A DNA stretch of 61,985 bases, taken from assembly GCA_002688015.1 (NCBI GenBank), contig NZBT01000014.1:1-61985 (forward strand). Reading direction: 5' to 3'. Each line of letters starts with the position of its first letter. The first letter of the stretch is position 1. Under the pieces are notes generated by a model, which saw only the letters and a list, made by a program, of their open reading frames with translations, was not told where the DNA came from and did no database searches. The stretch comes from Candidatus Pacearchaeota archaeon. GTDB taxonomy: Archaea > Nanobdellota > Nanobdellia > Pacearchaeales > GW2011-AR1. The translations under genes were made by a program, and so were the position numbers. This document shows, piece after piece, positions 55,354 through 61,985 of the stretch.

Positions 55354-55845
55354 ATGCGAGATGAAGAAGGAATTAAGAAAGTAATGATGGCTGACTTAGA
55401 AAGGAGTTCATTGAATGGTGTGAAGATTGTTGTAGGGAAGCAAACTACACCTTATAGTAGAACTGGAAAGATTATGAATGCTGTGTTTATTGTTCCTGGA
55501 AAATTATCAATTGATGGATTTTTAATTGATCTAGAAAAGGGAACGGTTTTTGAATCGGATTTAATAGATTCTGTTGGTTTTAATGATCTCTTTAATCAAA
55601 GAATGGAAAGATATAATTCTCATAGAATTAATAGTCCTATGGGTTTAGGGGAGAATTGTCGGGATCTTCCTGTTTTCAGATATTATTATTCTTTTCAAGG
55701 TTCTAGGGGAGAAAGCTCAAATGCACAAAAATTGTTAATTGTGAATAAAGTTAGGGAAATTTTAGGTCATTTAAAAGATTATTTATCTTATGATTTGGAA
55801 AACCCTTCGGATTGCAGAAAGAAGATTGAAAGATCAAGATCTTAG
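55354..55845 (+). CDS. Hypothetical protein (163 aa) inserted between nusA and rps12
   Basis: Own TATA (CATTTTATAAATTCC). No motif recognised. Confidence 0.5.
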   Translation: MRDEEGIKKVMMADLERSSLNGVKIVVGKQTTPYSRTGKIMNAVFIVPGKLSIDGFLIDLEKGTVFESDLIDSVGFNDLFNQRMERYNSHRINSPMGLGENCRDLPVFRYYYSFQGSRGESSNAQKLLIVNKVREILGHLKDYLSYDLENPSDCRKKIERSRS

Positions 55846-55912
55846 ATCTTAGCAGCATTCTGTTTCATTGAAACAGAAGCTTTTTAAACTAACATTCTAA
55901 TGGATAGTTAAG

Positions 55913-56335
55913 ATGGGATTAATGAATGCATATAAATTAATGAAAAATAGGAAAAAAGATAGATGGAGCCAGAAGGCTTACAATGCTAGAATGAAGAATC
56001 TTAAGATTAAGTCTGATCCTTTGGGAAGAGCTGCACAGGCAAAGGGGATTGTTATTGAAAAATTCCAAAAAGAAGCTGCACAGCCTAACTCTGCTATGAG
56101 AAAGTGTGCTAAAGTTCAATTAGTTAGAAATGGTATTCAAGTTGGAGCATTCATTCCGGGTAACTTAGCTCAGAAGTTTATTGATGAACACGATGAAGTT
56201 GTTATTGAGAGAATTGGTGGAAAGCAAGGAAGAGCAAAGGGAGATATAAGAGGAATTAGGTTTCAAATAATTAAAGTAAATGATCAACCATTACATAGAC
56301 TTGTAAGTGGAAAGATTGAGAAGGGAAGAAGATGA
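55913..56335 (+). CDS. rps12: Ribosomal protein S12 (uS12)
   Basis: [31 protein letters not shown]...[25 protein letters not shown]. Confidence 0.9.
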   Translation: MGLMNAYKLMKNRKKDRWSQKAYNARMKNLKIKSDPLGRAAQAKGIVIEKFQKEAAQPNSAMRKCAKVQLVRNGIQVGAFIPGNLAQKFIDEHDEVVIERIGGKQGRAKGDIRGIRFQIIKVNDQPLHRLVSGKIEKGRR

Positions 56336-56733
56336 GTTCTGGAACAGTTAAAGGATTATCGGATGCTTATTCTATGGCAATAGAAAGAGGCCGGATTTTT
56401 CGATCTTTTGAAGTATCAGTTGCTCGAAGTCTTGATAGATTAGACAACACTCTTGTAGATCCTGAAGAATTCTTCCAAGATGCTGCAGAGAGTGCTGAAA
56501 GGAGAGTAACATTACATTCTGTTTCTGAAAAAGATGGAAATTTTACAGGTGACCCTTGTAAAATATTATCAAGTCCATATGGTCCTGAAGGAAGAATCAG
56601 ACTTCAGCCAACTAGAACGGATGGACATAGAACTTACTGGATAAAAAGTAATTTGGGGGAAAAACATTATGTTGTTGAAATTTCTTCAGCTGAAGAGGTT
56701 GAGCCTGCACCTATAGTGGAGGCCAGAAGATGA
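56332..56733 (+). CDS. Hypothetical protein (133 aa) translationally coupled to rps12
   Basis: ATGA start/stop overlap with rps12 at 56332-56335. No motif recognised. Confidence 0.5.
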   Translation: MSSGTVKGLSDAYSMAIERGRIFRSFEVSVARSLDRLDNTLVDPEEFFQDAAESAERRVTLHSVSEKDGNFTGDPCKILSSPYGPEGRIRLQPTRTDGHRTYWIKSNLGEKHYVVEISSAEEVEPAPIVEARR

Positions 56734-57011
56734 TTTTAACAGATTTGACAGAAGCGCCATTGACTGTTGAGAAAAGAGCGATAATTTCTGGAGGAGATTC
56801 TCAAATTATAAGCGGAAAATTAAGAGAGATAGATTGTGGACAGTATCTTGTTGTTGCTAGAATTGGAGAAGAATCAGATTCTGCTGATAATTATGTTAGA
56901 CCTTTGATAACTTTAGGTGTTGATATTGGTGATGAAGAGAATCAAGATTATGGTGTTGATGTGGTCTCAATGGGAAATGAAACTAAAGAAGTGAGGGTTT
57001 ATAGAAGATAA
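56730..57011 (+). CDS. Hypothetical protein (93 aa) between rps12 and rps7
   Basis: ATGA overlap with ORF 56332 at 56730-56733. Its stop is 1 nt before the rps7 ATG. Confidence 0.5.
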   Translation: MILTDLTEAPLTVEKRAIISGGDSQIISGKLREIDCGQYLVVARIGEESDSADNYVRPLITLGVDIGDEENQDYGVDVVSMGNETKEVRVYRR

Positions 57012-57012
57012 G

Positions 57013-57654
57013 ATGGCAGAACAAGAAATACAAATGGAAGAAGGAAATAATGAAGGGGAAGGGAACTTCAAGATATTTGATCTTTATGATGCAGAAAACA
57101 TAGAGATAAAGGATCCTGCCTTAGTGCCATATATTAATTTGTCAGGGAAATTATTGGTAAAGAGTCAGGGGAGAAATGTTGAAAAGTTTGGAAAGGTGAG
57201 AGTTAATATTATTGAGAGACTTGCAAATAGATTAGCAGTTCCAGGACATATTGGAAAGAAGCATAAGATAATTACTTCTTGGGCAAGTGGGAAATATTCA
57301 AGAAATATGAAAACAGTTATGCAAGCATTTGAGATTATTGCTAAAAAGACAAACAAGAATCCTTTACAAGTTTTAGTTACAGCTATAGAAAACGGAAGTC
57401 CTAGAGATGAAATAACAATTATTGAGCATGCTGGAGCAAGATATCCTCAATCTGTGGATGCTTCTCCTTTAAGAAGAGTTGACTTAGCGATAAGATGGAT
57501 TGTTCAAGGATCATATCAAAGATGCTTTGGAAAGAAGAAGAAAATGTTTGAATCTTTGGCTGACGAAATTATAAAAGCAAGTGAAGGAAATATGGAATCA
57601 TTTTCTGTTCAAAAGAGAAATGATTCTGAGAAACAGGCTGATTCTGCTAGATAA
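57013..57654 (+). CDS. rps7: Ribosomal protein S7 (uS7)
   Basis: NPLQVLVTAIENGSPRDEITIIEHAGARYPQSVDASPLRRVDLAIRWI. Confidence 0.9.
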   Translation: MAEQEIQMEEGNNEGEGNFKIFDLYDAENIEIKDPALVPYINLSGKLLVKSQGRNVEKFGKVRVNIIERLANRLAVPGHIGKKHKIITSWASGKYSRNMKTVMQAFEIIAKKTNKNPLQVLVTAIENGSPRDEITIIEHAGARYPQSVDASPLRRVDLAIRWIVQGSYQRCFGKKKKMFESLADEIIKASEGNMESFSVQKRNDSEKQADSAR

Positions 57655-57704
57655 TAGTGCTAGGGTATAGATTTATTTATAAAATCCTACATTTTAATGG
57701 AATA

Positions 57705-58070
57705 ATGATATATAGAGAATTTACACCAATTTTCTTAAGTCAGAGTGAGCATTTGAATAGATTGAAGAAAGCATTTGTTGCTCTGGAGAAAGTTATTGGA
57801 TATGTAGATGCAAAAAAACCAATGTTAGATGATGAAGATACAGTTTTTTTGAGAGTGTATCATGAAAGAGAAGTTGATGGTGAATCAGGAATTATTGAAC
57901 ATTCAATTATTGTGCAACCAGAGAAAGGAAGAATTGTTGAATATCACTTTAATAGAGGTGTAAGAGAACATCTTCCAGTTGTGCATGGTAGTACAAAATC
58001 AGGTGTTAAGTTGTCTATTGAAGATGCTGGAAAAGATAATATTTATACTTTATTGAGAAAAAGTCCTTGA
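57705..58070 (+). CDS. Hypothetical protein (121 aa) between rps7 and EF-2
   Basis: ORF 57657..58070 trimmed to ATG 57705. TATA TTTATTTATAAAA is centred about 27 nt upstream. Confidence 0.5.
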   Translation: MIYREFTPIFLSQSEHLNRLKKAFVALEKVIGYVDAKKPMLDDEDTVFLRVYHEREVDGESGIIEHSIIVQPEKGRIVEYHFNRGVREHLPVVHGSTKSGVKLSIEDAGKDNIYTLLRKSP

Positions 58071-58074
58071 TTAA

Positions 58075-58326
58075 TTATTTTCTTATGGGACAGTAAAATA
58101 GACCATTATCTTCCATTAGTTTAGGTAATTGTGACATCCTATTATTTCTGTTGTTAGATTCTACTACTCTTGATGATTTTGATACTTCTGGAGGAACATG
58201 ATAGGAAATCTTGGGAGGAGTAGTCATATTATATGTGTGATATATAATTCCTGACATCCCAATAAATGAAAGAATTACAACTAAAGGAAAGGGTCCACAA
58301 TATGATGAACTTGATTCGTTTGACAT
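58075..58326 (-). CDS. Candidate small single-TM protein (83 aa)
   Basis: ORF 58075..58452 trimmed to MSNESSSS (ATG 58326), because the longer form would run through the EF-2 promoter. TM GPFPLVVILSFIGMSGIIY. Confidence 0.35.
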   Translation of the reverse strand: MSNESSSSYCGPFPLVVILSFIGMSGIIYHTYNMTTPPKISYHVPPEVSKSSRVVESNNRNNRMSQLPKLMEDNGLFYCPIRK

Positions 58327-58442
58327 CCTCTTTTTGCTTTTGTTATGATGGATTGGAAGTTTAAAAATTCTTGTAAACAGAAGTTTTAAAAACCTAATTT
58401 TATATGAAGGAATTCTATTCATCAATTGAATTAGAATATATA

Positions 58443-60620
58443 ATGGCACCAACAGATAAGAACACAGATAAGGTTACGCAGCTTATGGGAGATCCAGAGC
58501 ATATTAGAAATATAGCTATTGCTGCGCATATTGATCATGGGAAGACAACTTTTTCAGATAATTTATTGGCTGGAGCAGGAATGATGTCTGAGGAACTTGC
58601 TGGAAAGGCTAGGACATTAGATTTTCACGAAGATGAGGCTACAAGAGGAATTACAATTGATTCTGCTAACGTTTCTATGGTTCACACTTGGGATAATGCA
58701 GATTTTTTGATTAACTTGATTGATACTCCTGGACATGTTGACTTTGGAGGAGACGTTACAAGAGCTATGAGGGCTGTTGATGGAGCAATTGTTCTTGTTT
58801 GTGCTAGTGAGGGAATAATGCCTCAGACTGAAACTGTTTTACGACAAGCTTTGAAAGAAAGAGTTAAGCCGATTTTGTTCATTAATAAAGTTGATAGATT
58901 AATTAGGGAAGTTAAGTTGACTCCTGAACAAATGCAAGAGAGATTTGTTGGAATCATAAATAAAGTTAATGAACTGATTAAGAACATTGCAGAGCCAGAA
59001 TATGGTAAAAAGTGGCAAGTAAATGTTGCTGATGGATCTGTAGCTTTTGGATCTGCATTTCATAATTGGGCCATGAGTGTTCCATTCATGAAAGATAATA
59101 ACTTGAGCTTTAAAGATGTTATAGAAGCTTATGAGGGTTCTGATGATAAATATAAAGAACTAGCAAAAAAGGCGCCGTTACATCGAGTTGTTTTAGATAT
59201 GGTTATTGATCACGTTCCAAATCCAAAGTTTGCTCAAGAATATAGAATTCCAAAGATTTGGCATGGAGATATTGAAAGTAAGTTTGGAGAGGATTTGAAA
59301 AATGCAAATCCTAATGGAGACCCTGCATTTGTTTGTACTAAAATTGTTATTGATAAGCAAGCAGGAGAAGTTGCTGCCGGAAGATTGTTTTCAGGAACAA
59401 TAAAGGCTGGAGAGCCTGTTTATATGAATTTAGCTAAAAGAAATGTTAATGTTCAGCAAGTAAGTATTTACAAGGGAGCTCAGAGAATTCAAGTTGATCA
59501 AGTTAAAGCTGGAAATATTATTGGTATTGTAGGATTGAAGGGAGTTTTTGCAGGGGAGACAGTAAGTAAAGGTGAGATAGAACCATTTGAAGCTATTAAG
59601 CACTTGTTCGAGCCTGTTGTTACAAAGAGTATTGAGGCTGAAAAGGCTGCTGATTTGCCAAAGTTAGTTGAAGTATTGAGACAAGTTGGTAAGGAAGATC
59701 CAAGTATACACATAGAGATTAATGAAGAAACAGGAGAAAACTTAATTTCCGGAATGGGAGAATTACATTTGGAGATTATTGAAAATAGAATTAAGACAGA
59801 GAAGAATTTGAATGTTAAGACTGGATCTCCAATAATTGTTTATAGAGAAGCAGTTACTGGAGAAAGTGAGGCTGTGCAATCTAGAACTCCGAACGGACAT
59901 AACATCCTTTTCTTTTCAATTGAACCTTTAGAAGAAGAAGTTTATCAGGCCATAGAATCTGGGGAGCTAGCAGATGGGAAATTAAGAAAGAAGGCAGAGG
60001 AAGTTTGGGCTGTCTTGTCTGAGAAGGGAATGAGTAATGATGAAGCAAGACAAGTTAAAGAAATTTATAAGGGGAACTTGTTTGAAGATAGAACAAGAGG
60101 TATTGTAATATTAGGAGAAGTTATTGAATCTATTTTGGACGGATGGAGACTTGTGGTAGATGCTGGGCCAATGGCAAAAGAGCCATTGACAAAGACTAAA
60201 ATTATTTTGCATGATGCTAAGTTGCACGTTGATCATATGCATAGAGGGCCAGCTCAGATTTATCCTTGTGTTAGAAAAGGAATTTTTGAATCAATGCAGA
60301 AAGCAGGAGCTGCTTTACTTGAGCCAATTCAGACACATCAGATTGAAGCTCCAGTTGATTTTATGGGATCTTTGACTGCTTTAGTTTCTTCAAAGCGTGG
60401 AGTTTTAGAAGATGTTGAGCAGGAAAATCAGAGTGTTGTTATTAAAGCAAAGATTCCAGTTAGTGAAATGATAGGATGGAGTAATGACTTGCGTTCCGAG
60501 ACGGAAGGACGTGGTGTTTCCAGTTTAATGGATCAGAAATTCGAGAAATTGCCTGCTTCTCTTCAGGAAGATGTTGTTAAGAAGATTAGAGATAGAAAGG
60601 GTCTTTCTGAAAATCAGTAG
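58443..60620 (+). CDS. fusA: Translation elongation factor 2 (aEF-2)
   Basis: IRNIAIAAHIDHGKTT, LIDTPGHVDF, NKVDR. Start moved to MAPTDKN (ATG 58443) because TATA GTTTTAAAAACC 58384-58395 lies too close to ATG 58404. Confidence 0.95.
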   Translation: MAPTDKNTDKVTQLMGDPEHIRNIAIAAHIDHGKTTFSDNLLAGAGMMSEELAGKARTLDFHEDEATRGITIDSANVSMVHTWDNADFLINLIDTPGHVDFGGDVTRAMRAVDGAIVLVCASEGIMPQTETVLRQALKERVKPILFINKVDRLIREVKLTPEQMQERFVGIINKVNELIKNIAEPEYGKKWQVNVADGSVAFGSAFHNWAMSVPFMKDNNLSFKDVIEAYEGSDDKYKELAKKAPLHRVVLDMVIDHVPNPKFAQEYRIPKIWHGDIESKFGEDLKNANPNGDPAFVCTKIVIDKQAGEVAAGRLFSGTIKAGEPVYMNLAKRNVNVQQVSIYKGAQRIQVDQVKAGNIIGIVGLKGVFAGETVSKGEIEPFEAIKHLFEPVVTKSIEAEKAADLPKLVEVLRQVGKEDPSIHIEINEETGENLISGMGELHLEIIENRIKTEKNLNVKTGSPIIVYREAVTGESEAVQSRTPNGHNILFFSIEPLEEEVYQAIESGELADGKLRKKAEEVWAVLSEKGMSNDEARQVKEIYKGNLFEDRTRGIVILGEVIESILDGWRLVVDAGPMAKEPLTKTKIILHDAKLHVDHMHRGPAQIYPCVRKGIFESMQKAGAALLEPIQTHQIEAPVDFMGSLTALVSSKRGVLEDVEQENQSVVIKAKIPVSEMIGWSNDLRSETEGRGVSSLMDQKFEKLPASLQEDVVKKIRDRKGLSENQ

Positions 60621-60630
60621 TTTTAATTTC

Positions 60631-60649
60631 TTTATTAATGTTAAATAAC
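60631..60649 (+). repeat. 19-bp direct repeat TTTATTAATGTTAAATAAC (copy 1)
   Basis: Identical to 60699-60717. Confidence 0.8.
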
Positions 60650-60698
60650 ATTTAATAACTGTTTTTGAGGTGTTTTATCGAGGATAGATAGAGAAAGG

Positions 60699-60717
60699 TT
60701 TATTAATGTTAAATAAC
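60699..60717 (+). repeat. 19-bp direct repeat TTTATTAATGTTAAATAAC (copy 2, preceded by GAGAAAGG as in BRE/TATA promoters)
   Basis: Identical to 60631-60649. Confidence 0.8.
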
Positions 60718-60738
60718 TCTATTTAATATAAAAAGAGG

Positions 60739-60764
60739 GTAAACTTTAGAAAAGTTTAATCAAA
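60739..60764 (+). repeat. 26-bp element GTAAACTTTAGAAAAGTTTAATCAAA (copy 2)
   Basis: Identical to 37673-37698. Ends 1 nt before TTG 60766. Confidence 0.8.
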
Positions 60765-60765
60765 T

Positions 60766-61005
60766 TTGGCACTTAAAACATTTAACATAGATGCTGAGAT
60801 ATATGGTGAGTTTAGTAAGCATTGTAAGGAACATGGAATTTCTATGAGTAAAAAGGTAGAGAAATTTATTGCTGAGGAATTAGGCCAAATTAAGTTGAGT
60901 CCTAAGAGAAAACAAGGAGACGGATTTGAGAACAAAGTTGCTGAAGAAAGACAGGAAAGAGAGATTGAATTGAGTGATGATCATCCACTTTCTAAATATT
61001 GTTGA
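60766..61005 (+). CDS. Ribbon-helix-helix (CopG/antitoxin-like) small protein inserted between EF-2 and EF-1alpha
   Basis: KTFNIDAEIYGEFSKHCKEHGISMSKKVEKFIAEEL fits the beta-strand/helix/helix RHH pattern. TTG start. Confidence 0.5.
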   Translation: MALKTFNIDAEIYGEFSKHCKEHGISMSKKVEKFIAEELGQIKLSPKRKQGDGFENKVAEERQEREIELSDDHPLSKYC

Positions 61006-61192
61006 TTATGGTGGAGAAATAACTTCTAATTATCATTCCCATTCTATCAATACGATTCCAAAAATTTTTAGAGTTTCAATTGGAAAGGTTGAGAAACTTC
61101 TTGAAAAAGATGAATAATTAAATAATTTCTCTTCTATAAAGCCTTCTAAATCGTAAGATTTAAATACCCTCTGGGATAAGTGACTTTACAAA

Positions 61193-61985
61193 ATGGCTAA
61201 AGAAAAACCAATCATAAATGTTGCCTTTGTTGGGCACGTTGATCATGGAAAGAGTACAGCGATAGGTCACCTTATGTTTAAAGCTGGGAAACTTCCAGAA
61301 CAAGAGTTAAAGAAATTGAAGGAAGAGGCTGAGAAGCATGGAAAACCTGGTTTTGAATTCGCATATTACATGGATAAGTTTAAGGAAGAGAGAGAAAGAG
61401 GAGTTACTATTGACTTAGCATATAAGAAGGTTGTAACACCTAAGAGATCTATTACAATAATTGATGCACCAGGCCACAAGGATTTTGTTAAGAACATGAT
61501 TACAGGAGCTAGTCAGGCAGATGCTGCTTTCTTGACAATTGCTGCTAAGGAAGGTGTACAGCCTCAGACTAAGGAGCACTTATGGTTGTTAAGAACTATG
61601 GGAGTTAAGGAAATCGCTGTGAATATTAACAAGATGGATACTGTTGACTATAAAGAAGAAGCTTTCAATAAAGCTAAAGAAGATGTATCTGCATTGCTTA
61701 AGGTTGTTGGAATTGATGCTGAAAAGACTACTTTTTTGGCGGTTTCTGGTTTGAAGGGAGATAATGTTAAAGAAAAATCGACTAATATGCCTTGGTATAA
61801 GGGTCCAACTTTGTGGGAACAATTAGATCTTTTCGAAGAGCCTAAGAAACCTACTGATTTGCCTATGAGAATGCCAATTCAAGATGTTTATGAAATTACT
61901 GGTATCGGTACTGTTCCTGTTGGAAAGATCGAGACTGGTATTATGAAAATAGGTCAGAAGGTGATAGTTCTTCCAGGGAGAAGCG
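61193..61985 (+). CDS. tuf: Translation elongation factor 1-alpha (aEF-1alpha), 5' part; runs off the window end
   Basis: Hand translation [29 protein letters not shown]...[10 protein letters not shown]...NKMD. It is absent from the ORF track because no stop lies in the window. TTTAAA 61159-61164 is upstream. Confidence 0.9.
   Translation, partial: MAKEKPIINVAFVGHVDHGKSTAIGHLMFKAGKLPEQELKKLKEEAEKHGKPGFEFAYYMDKFKEERERGVTIDLAYKKVVTPKRSITIIDAPGHKDFVKNMITGASQADAAFLTIAAKEGVQPQTKEHLWLLRTMGVKEIAVNINKMDTVDYKEEAFNKAKEDVSALLKVVGIDAEKTTFLAVSGLKGDNVKEKSTNMPWYKGPTLWEQLDLFEEPKKPTDLPMRMPIQDVYEITGIGTVPVGKIETGIMKIGQKVIVLPGRS

Noticed and set aside
55836-55885. Palindrome AAGATCTTAGATCTT over the stop of ORF 55354, and hairpin CTGTTTC-ATT-GAAACAG followed by TTTTT, considered as a terminator.
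   Set aside because: The 3-nt loop is tight, the T-run overlaps the rps12 TATA (GCTTTTTAAAC), and archaeal termination needs only oligo-T. It is plausible, but I cannot separate it from the promoter sequence by eye.
58404-58442. Upstream in-frame ATG giving a 738-aa EF-2 (MKEFYSSIELEYI...).
   Set aside because: The only TATA (58384-58395) is about 15 nt from this ATG, too close for it to be transcribed. ATG 58443 gives the conserved MAPTDK...IRNIAIAAHIDHGKTT N-terminus.
58327-58452. N-terminal 42 codons of minus-strand ORF 58075..58452.
   Set aside because: This extension runs through the EF-2 promoter and start region and reads as hydrophobic shadow sequence. Only the shorter 83-aa form has a plausible TATA, and even that is low confidence.
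42356-60620. Checked the large conserved genes (nrdJ, rpoB, rpoA, EF-2) for inteins or mobile insertions.
   Set aside because: Their lengths are at or below family norms, and conserved blocks follow each other without extra Cys/Ser...HN-bounded inserts. No intein is evident.

Overview
AT-rich (roughly one-third G+C by eye), very compact archaeal chromosome segment. It is archaeal because it carries RNA polymerase H/B/A, aEF-2, aEF-1alpha, L10e, L35Ae, S12/S7, archaeal NusA, a tRNA with a bulge-helix-bulge intron and a class III signal-peptide pilin. Small proteins, many orphan genes and bacterial-type additions (NrdR, SleB-like hydrolase) suggest a reduced DPANN-like lineage, but that is inference. 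I call about 70 CDS and one tRNA-Lys(UUU) with a 60-nt intron. I saw no rRNA, CRISPR array, transposase or integrase. Recognisable genes: ppsA-like PEP synthase, GluRS, TrpRS, ThrRS, nrdR plus class II RNR, pcm, trx, pyrE, msrB (with an internal deletion), ABC exporter, MFS, SET-domain protein, CYTH protein, rpoH-rpoB-rpoA-nusA-S12-S7-EF2-EF1a. Most genes have a TTTAAA-like TATA hexamer centred 26-27 nt upstream of the start codon, implying leaderless mRNAs. I used this to correct several ORF-track starts and to support four ORFs under 60 aa. Candidates for undescribed biology, strongest first: (1) a five-gene orphan cluster at 2.3-8.4 kb built around a MORC-like GHKL ATPase, with HTH and Myb-like proteins and a degenerate methyltransferase-like protein; (2) small orphan genes inserted into, and translationally coupled with, the otherwise universal S12-S7 pair and neighbouring rpo/EF genes; (3) a three-gene orphan operon at 16.0-20.2 kb ending in a TIM-barrel protein with a large insertion; (4) shared upstream cassettes (TGTTATTAC element) linking several orphan genes into a possible regulon; (5) a GTTAACAT operator linking a Cys-rich HTH regulator to msrB; (6) NrdR boxes on an archaeal promoter; (7) an unsplit RpoA'/A'' ORF. 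All functional calls come from motifs read by eye. No database search was run.
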